A stretch of DNA of 64,000 nucleotides from an uncultured Nitrospiraceae bacterium (GCA_963727805.1 CAVSHF010000005.1:192001-256000), one strand, 5' to 3'; positions 31,685-41,931 are shown, counted from the first letter of the stretch. A program made the numbers and translations. Notes: generated by a model not told the origin, from the sequence alone.

Positions 31685-33067
31685 ATGAAGATACGATTCC
31701 TTGGCGCTGCGCGAACAGTTACCGGCTCCTGTTTTCACCTTACCCTTAACGAAAGGCAGTTCCTCGTCGATTGCGGGATGCATCAGGGCAAGGATAGTTA
31801 TGTCGTCAACAAAACGCCTTTCCAGTTCAATCCAGAAGAGATAGAATCCATATTTTTAACCCACGCACATATCGACCATTCGGGGCTCATCCCCAGGCTC
31901 ATCGATAAGGGATTCAGAGGTAGCATAATCACTACAGCTGCTACAGCTGATCTTGCTTCGGTAATGCTTCTGGATTCAGCTCATATCCAGGAGAAGGACG
32001 CCGAGTGGCTCACGAAGAAATCATTCCGGATCGGTGAGGACATCGTTCATGAACCGCTCTATACGAACGAGGACGCGAGGGCCGTCATTGGGCTTTTCAA
32101 GAAGAAAGGCTACGGCAAGATAGAACAGTTGGGAAAAGGCCTCAGATACCGTTTTGCCGACGCAGGGCACATACTTGGTTCTGGTTCCCTCGAGTTATGG
32201 TATCGGGACAGCCCAGCCGAAAAGAAGATTGTCTTTTCAGGCGACATCGGGAAAAAGGATAACCCTATTATCAATAATCCGCAGCGCATCGAGAAGGCTG
32301 ATTATGTGGTTATGGAATCGACTTACGGGAATCGTCTGCACAAGGGCATGAAGGAGAGTGTCGCCGAACTGACGGAAGCCATCAAGGTCACCTTCAAGCG
32401 CGGCGGAAACGTAATCATCCCATCGTTCGCGGTGGGCCGAACTCAGGACGTCCTCTACATTCTGAACAAGCTTGTCCACCAGAGGCGCCTGCCATCTTTG
32501 AGCATCTACGTCGACAGTCCTCTTGCTGAAGAGGCAACAAAAATTTACCTTGCCCACCCGGAAGTTTACGATAGAGAGGCCATCAAGATGTTGGAGGAGC
32601 GAAATACCAATGGAATGAAGCTGCATTTCACCGAATCGGTTGCTGACTCCCAGAAAATCAACAGCATAAGATCAGGAGCTATCATCATCGCGGGCAGCGG
32701 TATGTGCGAAGGTGGCAGAATACAGCACCATCTAAAACATAACCTCTGGAGGCCCGAATGCAGCATCGTATTTGTCGGCTTCCAGGCTGAAGGGACCCTC
32801 GGCAGGGAAATCGTCGACGGCACCAAGACCGTCGCCGTCCTGGGCGAACCGATAGCAGTCCGTGCCAGCATTCACACCATCAACGGTTTCTCGGCCCACG
32901 CTGACAAGAAAGAACTTCTGGATTGGCTCGGTGCCTTTACGAACAAGCCGGAAGTCTTCATCGTCCATGGAGAAGAGGACGTCTCGCTCGACTTTTCAGA
33001 AACCGTCCAAAAGGCCTTCGGCGTCACTACCCATGTCCCCCATATGGGCGATGCATTCGAGATTTGA
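31685..33067 (+). CDS. MBL-fold beta-CASP RNA-processing hydrolase
   Basis: GAARTVTGS, THAHIDHSG, AGHILGS, ESTYG, FAVGRTQ, FSAHAD, VHGE. Confidence 0.93.
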   Translation: MKIRFLGAARTVTGSCFHLTLNERQFLVDCGMHQGKDSYVVNKTPFQFNPEEIESIFLTHAHIDHSGLIPRLIDKGFRGSIITTAATADLASVMLLDSAHIQEKDAEWLTKKSFRIGEDIVHEPLYTNEDARAVIGLFKKKGYGKIEQLGKGLRYRFADAGHILGSGSLELWYRDSPAEKKIVFSGDIGKKDNPIINNPQRIEKADYVVMESTYGNRLHKGMKESVAELTEAIKVTFKRGGNVIIPSFAVGRTQDVLYILNKLVHQRRLPSLSIYVDSPLAEEATKIYLAHPEVYDREAIKMLEERNTNGMKLHFTESVADSQKINSIRSGAIIIAGSGMCEGGRIQHHLKHNLWRPECSIVFVGFQAEGTLGREIVDGTKTVAVLGEPIAVRASIHTINGFSAHADKKELLDWLGAFTNKPEVFIVHGEEDVSLDFSETVQKAFGVTTHVPHMGDAFEI

Positions 33068-33131
33068 CATACTACTTCATTCGATTATATGAAAGCAACG
33101 ATGCAACCCTCAAGTCACTTCTCATCAGAAA

Positions 33132-33614
33132 TCAGAGGATACCCAATATCACGGCTTCCATCCTTTCAAGGTTTACTATTGCCGCAGTAGGCTTTCCATA
33201 GAGCCATCCCGAGACCTCACCAGGGTTTATAATTAGTGTATGTTTGATCCGCCTCATGAGGGGTTCGTGAGTATGTCCGTAAACAATGAGATCGAAATGG
33301 CCGCTGTCGGCGAGTGCTTCGACTACATCAGGCTCATGCATTACGACAATCTTTCGATGATGCAGCTTGAATATGTGGGGCTGCGTAAATATCCTACCCT
33401 GAAACGTATTGCTTAGAAGGACCTTGTCGCCGTCATTGTTGCCGAAGATGCCAGTGAATCCTCCGGTAAAATGTTTCAGCACCCTGTAAGTAAATGGCGA
33501 GGTGTAATCTCCCGCGTGGATAATATGCTCTACTCCCTTTGCCTTAAATAAATCGAGGGCCTTTCCCAGATTATCCAAGTTGTCATGGGTATCCGAAATA
33601 ATGCCTATGATCAT
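33132..33614 (-). CDS. YfcE-family metallophosphoesterase
   Basis: SDTHD, HAGD, GNND, GHTH, NPG. Confidence 0.92.
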   Translation of the reverse strand: MIIGIISDTHDNLDNLGKALDLFKAKGVEHIIHAGDYTSPFTYRVLKHFTGGFTGIFGNNDGDKVLLSNTFQGRIFTQPHIFKLHHRKIVVMHEPDVVEALADSGHFDLIVYGHTHEPLMRRIKHTLIINPGEVSGWLYGKPTAAIVNLERMEAVILGIL

Positions 33615-33650
33615 GGGAACCCTCCTTGGGAGACGTTCACGAAGTTATTT

Positions 33651-34682
33651 TTATGCCACTAGCTTTCCCAACGGCAAATATGCCTTGGGGTTAAGTTCCA
33701 TGTCCACCTTCTCTCCGGTCATGCAATGATGATGTCCCGCAGCAGCGATCATTGCTGCGTTGTCGGTGCAGAGATGTCTTGATGGCAGAAACAGTTCTAT
33801 CTCCTTTTCGCCGGCTAGCCCCGCCATCCTTGATCGTAATGCGGCGTTTGCAGCAACTCCTCCGGAGATCGTCACCCTCTTGATGCCCGTTTTTACTGTG
33901 GCCCATTCCACCTTTCTCACAAGAACGTCCACTACTGCCGCTTGAAATGATGCAGCTATATCTTTTATGAATTCATCGCTCAAATGTTCTCTGTTCAACG
34001 TTCCCCTATTTGACTCTTGGATCTTATTCCTGACCGAGGTCTTAAGCCCGCTGAAACTAAAATCGAGCGACTCAGGAAGATAGGCCCTCGGGAAATTAAA
34101 GACTTTCCCATTTCCTACAGACGCGAGCTTATCTATTACTGGTCCTCCGGGATAGCCGAGACCCAGAAGCTTTGACACCTTGTCAAAGGCCTCTCCCGCT
34201 GCATCGTCCCTCGTCCTGCCAAGTTCATAGTATCTTCCGAATTCTTCGACAAGGTAGAGGCTCGTATGGCCTCCGGAAACCACTAAGGACAGAAAGGGGA
34301 ATGCAGGGCTTTTGTGTTCAAGAAAAGAAGAGAATATATGGCCTTCAAGGTGATTCACCGCAACAAGCGGTATCCTACGCGCATATGCGACTGCCTTTGC
34401 AAAACCGCATCCAACAAGAAGCGAGCCGATGAGTCCGGGCCCGTGGCAGACTGCTATAGCATCTATTTTATCAAGGAGAACTCCGGCTTGGACTAGCGCC
34501 TCATCGACAACCGGCCAGATCATTTCGATGTGTCTTCTCGATGCGAGTTCGGGTACAATGCCCCCGTATTTCATGTGGATCTCGGTCTGAGAGGATACGA
34601 TGTTCGAAAGTATGTCCCAGCCATCACATACAACAGCTGCTGACGTGTCGTCACAGGAAGTGTCAATACCAAGCAGATTCAT
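33651..34682 (-). CDS. tsaD: tRNA N6-threonylcarbamoyltransferase
   Basis: GIDTSCDDT, GGIVPELASRRH, NHLEGH, SGGHT, DDAAGEAFDK, CTDNAAMI. Confidence 0.97.
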   Translation of the reverse strand: MNLLGIDTSCDDTSAAVVCDGWDILSNIVSSQTEIHMKYGGIVPELASRRHIEMIWPVVDEALVQAGVLLDKIDAIAVCHGPGLIGSLLVGCGFAKAVAYARRIPLVAVNHLEGHIFSSFLEHKSPAFPFLSLVVSGGHTSLYLVEEFGRYYELGRTRDDAAGEAFDKVSKLLGLGYPGGPVIDKLASVGNGKVFNFPRAYLPESLDFSFSGLKTSVRNKIQESNRGTLNREHLSDEFIKDIAASFQAAVVDVLVRKVEWATVKTGIKRVTISGGVAANAALRSRMAGLAGEKEIELFLPSRHLCTDNAAMIAAAGHHHCMTGEKVDMELNPKAYLPLGKLVA

Positions 34683-34690
34683 ATCAGCGT

Positions 34691-34824
34691 AGAAGCTCGA
34701 AAACTAGAAAGCAAGAAAGTTCAGAACCGTGGTGAAGCATCAAAACCAAACTTAATAAATAATTTCTCTGCTTATTTTCTGCACTTATGCCGTTCCTAAC
34801 TCTCGTTCTTCCTATATTCCTCAC
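34691..34824. repeat. Degenerate period-8 purine tract followed by a period-8 pyrimidine tract
   Basis: AGAAGCTC/GAAAACTA/GAAAGCAA/GAAAGTTC/AGAACCGT ... TTCTGCAC/TTATGCCG/TTCCTAAC/TCTCGTTC/TTCCTATA/TTCCTCAC. Confidence 0.5.
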
Positions 34825-35912
34825 TATTGCATGCTGCCATACGAATGGAGTCCGCTCAAGAGCAGGTTGACTCCGAGATACGTGAATATAGTGCTGACGA
34901 ACCCTATGACCGCCAGGATCGCTATCTTCTTGCCCCTCCAGCCACGTATATGGCGGGCATGGATATAGAAGGCATAGACGAACCATGTGATAAGCGACCA
35001 GGTCTCCTTCGGGTCCCAGCTCCAGTACTTGCCCCAGGCCTGGTCTGCCCAGATAGCGCCGAAAATAAGGCCTCCCAAGGTGAAGATCGGAAATCCGATC
35101 GCGATAGTCTTGTAAGTAAGATCGTCAAGCACATCGGAGGTTAAAGAGAAGGAAATGATCAGCTTCTTAAGCAGATATCCGTACCTCCATACAAGGAAAA
35201 TAATAATGGCAAGCGCTGCACTGCTGATCGCTACTATCACGCCAGAGCCACTGCGAAAGGTGGCCTTGAAGAGATAATTCTGGATGAAAGCCTCCGGCGA
35301 CTTGGCTGTTATCCTTAACGAGATTACATCTATGCCCATAGCTATCAGGGAAGTCCCAAAGATGGCAAGGGTTACCGTCCAGAAAAAATAGGAGAGGCTC
35401 TTTCGGTCATCAGCAGTCACGGCGAGATACATGATCGCCGTAGCAAAGGATATGGCGAACGCAGCATACGCAATAAAGCTCATCGTCACATGAGCGAGAA
35501 GCCAGTTGCTCTGTAGAGCAGGTACGAGGGGCTGGATCTCCGCCGATATTCCGCCAATGCTTATGAAGGCAAGTGTCATTCCCGCAAGCGGCGTAACAAA
35601 CGCCCCAAAGGAGCGAGTTTTGTATTTCCATTCGATGACAAGGTAGCCCAGTATCAGGCACCAAACAAAGAATACAAGTGATTCATAGAGGTTCGTAAGC
35701 GGGACCGATCTCAGAAAGCCGAGTTGGCCGATGGTAGAGAATTCCTTCCAGCGCATGCCGAACGCTATAGTCTGAGATATAAAGCCAATGACCGTCGCGG
35801 TGGTTGCAATAATTCCTATCGTCGACTTCCTAAACGCAATGTAAACTATGTAGGCGACCATAGCCAGGATATATGCAATTGTGGCAACGCCGAAAAAAAA
35901 GGAACTGTCCAT
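34824..35912 (-). CDS. Cytochrome c biogenesis system II synthase (CcsA/ResC)
   Basis: PLTNLYES, LVPALQSNWLLAHV, WWD motif WGKYWSWDPKETW, GLHSY. Confidence 0.95.
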   Translation of the reverse strand: MDSSFFFGVATIAYILAMVAYIVYIAFRKSTIGIIATTATVIGFISQTIAFGMRWKEFSTIGQLGFLRSVPLTNLYESLVFFVWCLILGYLVIEWKYKTRSFGAFVTPLAGMTLAFISIGGISAEIQPLVPALQSNWLLAHVTMSFIAYAAFAISFATAIMYLAVTADDRKSLSYFFWTVTLAIFGTSLIAMGIDVISLRITAKSPEAFIQNYLFKATFRSGSGVIVAISSAALAIIIFLVWRYGYLLKKLIISFSLTSDVLDDLTYKTIAIGFPIFTLGGLIFGAIWADQAWGKYWSWDPKETWSLITWFVYAFYIHARHIRGWRGKKIAILAVIGFVSTIFTYLGVNLLLSGLHSYGSMQ

Positions 35913-35940
35913 AAAAATCCTCCGTTACTCTTTACAGAAT

Positions 35941-37368
35941 CTAAGGCTTCTCTTCCAGATGTTTGACAAGCCTCTCGAGTGTCCGATCAAAGGCAATCCT
36001 GTTTTTATTGATGGATGAGCCGATAGTGAGCCTAGTCGCGCTTTTTTCTTCTGTGAGCCTTATCCATATCCTCGCATGGCTCATAAAAAACGCAGCATAC
36101 AGTCCTAACGCCATGATTATGCAACCCAGGTAAACAATCCAAACCCCAGGGTCCTTTCTGACCTGTAGTCCCGTGTATTGAACTCCCCAGAGGTTTTTGA
36201 GTTCGATAACACCCACTGGGGATTTCCAAGTTTCCGGATATCGTTCCAGTATCCACTGTCTAAATTTAGGCTTTCCGCCTTCCGAAATTTCGACAAAAAC
36301 CGCAGGATTAATCATCGCTTCTGCGAAGGTAAAGAGTTTTCCCGATTCGTCAACAGCCAGTGCGGGACTGAAGTCAACTACCATACCGACAAGGCTGGTG
36401 CCTTCAATGGTGAAAGGCTGGTTAAATTTTGCAGCAACAGCCTGGCCCTTTCCGTTTGTGGGGGTGATGACGAACTTGAAAATAGCATTCTTATTTGGTG
36501 AAAAGCCGTAACTCGATTGATAAAACGTGATGCCCTTATAGGTGAGAGGTGTATTGACTTCGATCTCCTTCTTCAACACCTCATGTCCCTGTTCGAGAAC
36601 GGTGAGCATGCTTTTATACGATTTGGGACTGTTGGAATTCGGATAAAATGCAACCTCAAAATCATCACACCGTATTTCGAAGCCCAGAGGAATCTCCTGC
36701 CCAGCTCCTTTGTAAGCAACGGCGGAAGACGTGCCTTCCAGAAGGTTCAGATTACCGTTGAAGCCCAACTTCATGCCTACGACAGCACCGATCAGGATGA
36801 GGAGTATGCTCAAATGGGTAACATAAACACCAAGCCTACTGTATCGCCCCTTTTCTGCGCAGATCTGTGTCTTTCCCTCTGCTAGCCGAGCAATGCCCCT
36901 GAATCCAATTTTTTTTAGGCCTTCATTCGCTTTCTGCTCCGCTTTATCAATTTGACACTTAATAACAATTTCTCGTTTGGAGGTCATGGAATTTAACCGT
37001 TCCTCGCTCAAGGGCTTGACCGGTTCTTTAACAATCTTCCATATCTTCGGAAGACGGTCAATCGAACAGATGACAAGATTTGCCGCGAAGATGAATAGCA
37101 GGGCCATGAACCACCATGAGCTGAACATGTCGGTAAAGCCCATGGAATCGAGTACCTTGAATACCGAGGGCGCTGTCGCATCGCCGAAGAATTTCGTCAG
37201 CAGCTTTATGTTGCGCTCAGGCTCGGCCTGCTGTTCAATGATCGTGCCGACAATGGAGGTAACTGAAATAATCATGAAAATGACAACAGCTAGGGATACG
37301 GAAGTAAAGAGACGCCACACCCTATCAACAATGCCCTGTTTCCCTTGTTCTTTTCGTTTAGCTTCCAA
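35941..37368 (-). CDS. resB: Cytochrome c biogenesis protein ResB/CcsB
   Basis: SIVGTIIEQ, SSWWF, CSIDR, HLSIL, VNTPL..YQSSY, GLQVRKDPG. Confidence 0.93.
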   Translation of the reverse strand: MEAKRKEQGKQGIVDRVWRLFTSVSLAVVIFMIISVTSIVGTIIEQQAEPERNIKLLTKFFGDATAPSVFKVLDSMGFTDMFSSWWFMALLFIFAANLVICSIDRLPKIWKIVKEPVKPLSEERLNSMTSKREIVIKCQIDKAEQKANEGLKKIGFRGIARLAEGKTQICAEKGRYSRLGVYVTHLSILLILIGAVVGMKLGFNGNLNLLEGTSSAVAYKGAGQEIPLGFEIRCDDFEVAFYPNSNSPKSYKSMLTVLEQGHEVLKKEIEVNTPLTYKGITFYQSSYGFSPNKNAIFKFVITPTNGKGQAVAAKFNQPFTIEGTSLVGMVVDFSPALAVDESGKLFTFAEAMINPAVFVEISEGGKPKFRQWILERYPETWKSPVGVIELKNLWGVQYTGLQVRKDPGVWIVYLGCIIMALGLYAAFFMSHARIWIRLTEEKSATRLTIGSSINKNRIAFDRTLERLVKHLEEKP

Positions 37369-37537
37369 TATGCACTCCTTTACATCCGGAGATTATCGTG
37401 ATGATTTTTTATTATAGATGATATTCATCAATTTCTTGTGAATGCCTTCTATAATATTAGACTTTAATGTTAACAAAATCCGTCCTAATGTTCAACACGT
37501 GTAAAATTTATAGCGGGTGCCTTTCCGGCCAACAGAG

Positions 37538-39403
37538 CTACGAAATCTTTTCTGACCGGAGAGTTTCAGCAGCATGACCGTTAACGGGAATGGTAGCTTC
37601 AACAAGAGATCCTTTCTCTGGCTTGCTGTCTATCGAGATCCCGCCTCCCATCAATCGGGCAAAGTCCCTGCCAATGCAAAGGTCGAGGTATTGAGAGGGA
37701 TAGCTCTCGTCTCTCATTATCCCTTGGATAGCCTCTGCATCCATTCCCCTGCCAGTGTCAGAGACAGAAAGTTCCATGTATTCCGTGCCGTCTCTGACGA
37801 CGAAATTCGCTAGAAGAGTTATCGTCCCAAGCTTGGTCAGTCTTAATGCGTTCCGAAGGAGCGCTGAGCCGAGTCTTTTTATTAATCTCCTGTCGGTAAA
37901 AAGCGTCCTTGCCATCGCGCCTTCAGGACATTCCACTATAAGTTCTATTTCTTTTCCGCCAATGAGACTGCAGAGGGCTTCCTCGACTTCCTTCAGAATG
38001 TCGCAGAGAGTGCATTCCTTTTGCGATAGTTTACTTGCCCCGTCCCTCAACTTCATCAGAGCAACGAGGTCATCAAGCGTCATAACGAGTCCCCTTATTT
38101 CAGTCGTAGCATCAGTAACATCTTTTTCAGATCCAGCGATTCCCTTCATAGAACCACTTGGGCCATCAAGACTTTTCGCGATTTCCTCGAGCCGTGCTCT
38201 CACCTCGACAGTGAATATTTCAGTCAGTGATGGCTTTGGCCGGGTCACGTCTGGGGCACTGGTTGAGCCCCCGAGGGGTGACCATTTTTTACTCAAGACG
38301 ACAATCATCTGAGAAAAACTTTCTGCAAGTATCTGCAGTTCTCCGGTATACCCCTTTCTAAGATTGACTGCGCGCAGGTCACCATTGGAAATCGACTGTG
38401 TTGCTTTTACAAGCCTCACCAAGGGCTTTTCGATGAGTCTCGGCGCAATAAACACACTCTGCACCAGTATCGCAACCACAATCAGACATGCGAATGAAAG
38501 ATAAACTGCCAGCAGTGGCTTGAGAGGCTTCGCGGCCTCAGCCGAATCGAGCGTGGCTATCAAACTTAATTGTTCATTTTTCAGCGTTGAGACAGAATAA
38601 TACAGGCCTTCCCGGTAATCAACGCCATCAAGACTAGCTGGCCGGACATTATACCGCACCGTGCCGACATCGGTCATATCCTTTGCCGCCACAACACTGC
38701 CTGATCCGTCTATAATCGATACCTTTCCTGTTTCATAAAAGCCCTTCTCCACCCTTAAACAGGCTGCGAGATCCGCAGGGTTCGGTTGAGCAATAATTCT
38801 TGCCGGTATCTCTCGTTCTCCTTTAATTAGGACGGGTGCTACAAAAAGGAGACCATCGGTGCTTGCTGTCGGACTAACCTTGCCCGCTACGACGTCAGCG
38901 TTCCCGAGGCCCTTGCTGAAGATTTTTTTATTCGGCCATTCCCGGCCAATCAATTCGCCATTAGTGCTCCAGATAACCGTCCCTTCCTCCGATAGAAATG
39001 AAATCACCCTAAACTGGCTGTAATTTTCTAAATATTTGGCAAGCCGCTGTCCAGCCTCTGCGCCGGCATCCGCGACCCTCTTTTCCCCCTTCGCCTTCTC
39101 TGCAATGTCACCGGTCCCTTCCCGTGTCGCCTGACCCTCAATGATCTGCTGCAGGTTAACAGCCACTGTACCGCTTTTGGCGATCTCATCAAGGGCCTTC
39201 TTGCTGACATCCAACCATAATTCGACAGAGTTCTTCTTGTCCGAAAGCATGGTTACCAGTTGCGCAGCATGGAAGTCTTTTAGCACGTGGGTAGCACCGG
39301 AGAAATAAAACCATATGCCGATGCCGAAATAAGCCACTAGTATGAGGAGGACCGGTATGACGAAGAGCCAAGTATTGAGTTTCGTGATAAAATTAAGTTT
39401 CAT
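37538..39403 (-). CDS. Cache-HAMP-HATPase sensor kinase-like protein lacking the H-box His
   Basis: TM-periplasmic-TM-HAMP; N-box LLRNA and G1 DTGRGM present; H-box position reads FTVEVRARL; G2 reads SQYLDL. Confidence 0.8.
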   Translation of the reverse strand: MKLNFITKLNTWLFVIPVLLILVAYFGIGIWFYFSGATHVLKDFHAAQLVTMLSDKKNSVELWLDVSKKALDEIAKSGTVAVNLQQIIEGQATREGTGDIAEKAKGEKRVADAGAEAGQRLAKYLENYSQFRVISFLSEEGTVIWSTNGELIGREWPNKKIFSKGLGNADVVAGKVSPTASTDGLLFVAPVLIKGEREIPARIIAQPNPADLAACLRVEKGFYETGKVSIIDGSGSVVAAKDMTDVGTVRYNVRPASLDGVDYREGLYYSVSTLKNEQLSLIATLDSAEAAKPLKPLLAVYLSFACLIVVAILVQSVFIAPRLIEKPLVRLVKATQSISNGDLRAVNLRKGYTGELQILAESFSQMIVVLSKKWSPLGGSTSAPDVTRPKPSLTEIFTVEVRARLEEIAKSLDGPSGSMKGIAGSEKDVTDATTEIRGLVMTLDDLVALMKLRDGASKLSQKECTLCDILKEVEEALCSLIGGKEIELIVECPEGAMARTLFTDRRLIKRLGSALLRNALRLTKLGTITLLANFVVRDGTEYMELSVSDTGRGMDAEAIQGIMRDESYPSQYLDLCIGRDFARLMGGGISIDSKPEKGSLVEATIPVNGHAAETLRSEKIS

Positions 39404-40313
39404 GGGTCCTGATTCCATCCGGCATATGGGAGAGCATCACCTTGTTTCTTCCCGTCGCCTTGGCCTCATAGAGTGCATGGTCGGCCCGTATAATAAGGCT
39501 GTCGGGGAGAGGATCAGAATTGCCATCTGTCGATGATACACCGATGCTGATAGTAACAGACAGCTTGGTCCTATCCTCCTCGCAAAAGAAATCGTTTTCC
39601 TGCACAGCGACCCTTAATTTTTCAGCTACCGTTATGGCCTCCTCGGGACCCGTATTGGCAAGCAAAACAACAAACTCCTCGCCTCCATACCGGGCCACAA
39701 CGTCATGAGCCCTCAACGTGATAATAAGTATCTTTGAGAGCTGTCTAAGGACCTCGTCGCCGCAGCTGTGCCCGTAAGTGTCATTGATTTTCTTAAAGTG
39801 ATCGATATCAAGAATAATGAACGACATCGGTTCGCCGTACCGGCCTGCCCATGCCAGTTCTTCACCGAGCCGCTCCATGAAAAATTTACGGTTATAAAGG
39901 CCGGTTAGGTAGTCCCGCACAAGAAGTTTTTCAAATTCCTTCATTTTCTCGCACACATACCCGATGTTCCGAATCCTCGCAATGACCTCTTCTCTAAAAA
40001 AAGGCATTGAAATATAATCATAGGCCCCAAAAGAGTAACACTTTGCCATCTTATGGACCGACTTTCCCGCAGTTATGATAATAACCGGAATGTCCCTTGT
40101 TGAGGGTGCTGACTTGAGCTTTGTAAGGATATCGAGTGAGGATGGTTTTGCAAGACTTATATCGAGCATGACCATCTCGGGTGTTTCGTGATAAATGGCA
40201 TCGATGATCTTACTGCTTTCTTCTATGGTCACGCAATTGTGACCTTCCTCCTGAAGGATACTTCGCAGTTCCATTGCCGCATTTACGGCTTTGGTGGCGA
40301 CCATAATTTTCAT
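39393..40313 (-). CDS. REC-GGDEF diguanylate cyclase (degenerate receiver)
   Basis: DYLTGLYNR, DIDHFK.IND.YGH..GD, RAHD I-site, RYGGEEF; REC starts MKIMVATK and ends YISMPF. Confidence 0.92.
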   Translation of the reverse strand: MKIMVATKAVNAAMELRSILQEEGHNCVTIEESSKIIDAIYHETPEMVMLDISLAKPSSLDILTKLKSAPSTRDIPVIIITAGKSVHKMAKCYSFGAYDYISMPFFREEVIARIRNIGYVCEKMKEFEKLLVRDYLTGLYNRKFFMERLGEELAWAGRYGEPMSFIILDIDHFKKINDTYGHSCGDEVLRQLSKILIITLRAHDVVARYGGEEFVVLLANTGPEEAITVAEKLRVAVQENDFFCEEDRTKLSVTISIGVSSTDGNSDPLPDSLIIRADHALYEAKATGRNKVMLSHMPDGIRTHET

Positions 40314-40345
40314 GTTCCTATAATATACAACAATTCCGCACTATT

Positions 40346-41845
40346 TCATACCCGTTTTTTTGCCAGCTTATTCAATGTGTTCACAAGGGCCTCCGCCTTT
40401 TTTAGGGTCTCATAATACTCCCTTTCAGGGTCAGAGTCGGCTACAATGCCAGCACCTGCCTGTATATAGGCGCGTCCCTGCTTGACAACAAAGGTCCGAA
40501 TGATGATATTTAAGTCCATATTCCCCGAAAAGCCGATGTACCCTAGTGACCCCGTATAGGGTCCTCTTCGGACCGGTTCGAGTTCATCTATGATCTCCAT
40601 GCACCGGACCTTGGGAACACCAGTGATCGTGCCGCCGGGAAATGAAGCTCTTACAACATCGAGGCAGGTCATGCCTTCATTGATAAGACCCCTGACGTTC
40701 GACACGATATGTATGACGTGGGAATAGTCCTCGGTTATCATCAACTCGTCGACGATCACACTACCATATCGCGAGACCCGACCGATATCGTTTCTTTCAA
40801 GGTCGATGAGCATGATATGTTCGGCTCTCTCCTTTTCGTTCAGGAGAAGTTCCGCGCGCATCAAGAAATCTTCATCACAGTCCTTTCCCCTTGGCCGAGT
40901 GCCTGCTATGGGCCTTGTTTCGACGACATGTCCTTTTACCTCAATCAGCCTTTCCGGCGATGAGCTGACGATCTGGTAGTCGCCGAAGTCCGCATAGGCT
41001 GCAAAAGGGGAGGGATTTACCTCGCGGAGAACCTCATAGATCGGCCATGGATCATCGCCCCCAACTTCCGCAGAGATCCTTTGCGAAAGATTCGCCTGAA
41101 AGATATCTCCAGCAGCAATGTATGCCTTAGCCCTACTGACCATATCCATGTACTGATTTTTCGACATTTCATAAGTGACGGGAAGAGCACCATTCATCGA
41201 CTTTTGAACATTACCTACCTTTTGGGGATAGAGGATTCTACCCCTGCTTATTGCCTCCAGAGAATCATCATATGCCTGCGCCCAGTCGATGTTGCTTATT
41301 TCACCATAGCCGAGCCCGGCAAAGCGTGCTCCCGGGGCACAGATGATCCATGCCTTCCTCAAGAGATGATCAAATGCATAGACAGTATCGAAAAAAAGAA
41401 AATGAACATCTGGAATTTGAAGATCATCACGGGCATGAGTCGGGAGTTGCTCGATATATCGCGCAAAGTCGTAGCTCAATAGCCCGACAGCGCCGCCCTG
41501 GAATGGCGGCAGTCCGGGAATCATCTTTTGAGGATAGACTTCAAGGAGTTCATTTAATCGCTCAAAAGGTTTTCTAAAAGAAAGTGTCTTGCGTCCAGTT
41601 GAAGTATCCTCGATCTCCACTTCACTGTCTTTAAGTCTGAAGATGAGATAGGGATTGGCAGCGATAAAAGAATATTGGGCGATCTTCATCGACCCCTTAG
41701 CGCTGTCTAGGAAGATGGTGTTTTTTCGATCATGAATGGAACGGTAAAACAGGATCGGATCCACATAGGGGACCTCCCTGCAAAGAGGCGGTATCCGCCC
41801 ATGCCCGACCTCCTCGAGGAACTCTTGCTTAGCCAGATTAATCAT
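40346..41845 (-). CDS. Aminodeoxychorismate/anthranilate synthase component I family (probably PabB)
   Basis: GDIFQANLS, NPSPFAAY, SSSPE, PIAGT, KERAEHIMLIDLERND, FPGGTITGVPK. Confidence 0.88.
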   Translation of the reverse strand: MINLAKQEFLEEVGHGRIPPLCREVPYVDPILFYRSIHDRKNTIFLDSAKGSMKIAQYSFIAANPYLIFRLKDSEVEIEDTSTGRKTLSFRKPFERLNELLEVYPQKMIPGLPPFQGGAVGLLSYDFARYIEQLPTHARDDLQIPDVHFLFFDTVYAFDHLLRKAWIICAPGARFAGLGYGEISNIDWAQAYDDSLEAISRGRILYPQKVGNVQKSMNGALPVTYEMSKNQYMDMVSRAKAYIAAGDIFQANLSQRISAEVGGDDPWPIYEVLREVNPSPFAAYADFGDYQIVSSSPERLIEVKGHVVETRPIAGTRPRGKDCDEDFLMRAELLLNEKERAEHIMLIDLERNDIGRVSRYGSVIVDELMITEDYSHVIHIVSNVRGLINEGMTCLDVVRASFPGGTITGVPKVRCMEIIDELEPVRRGPYTGSLGYIGFSGNMDLNIIIRTFVVKQGRAYIQAGAGIVADSDPEREYYETLKKAEALVNTLNKLAKKRV

Positions 41846-41931
41846 CGTATTGATGTGTGGACATAACGCTATACATTTTCAAAGCCGGTACACTACTATA
41901 TTACACTATGACTGTTACGTGGAGGGCAATA

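Noticed and set aside
10376..40313. Hypr-type (cGAMP-forming) GGDEF enzymes
   Set aside because: All three GGDEF domains keep Asp at the specificity position (GHLAGD, GFSRGD, GHSCGD), not the Ser/Thr of Hypr enzymes
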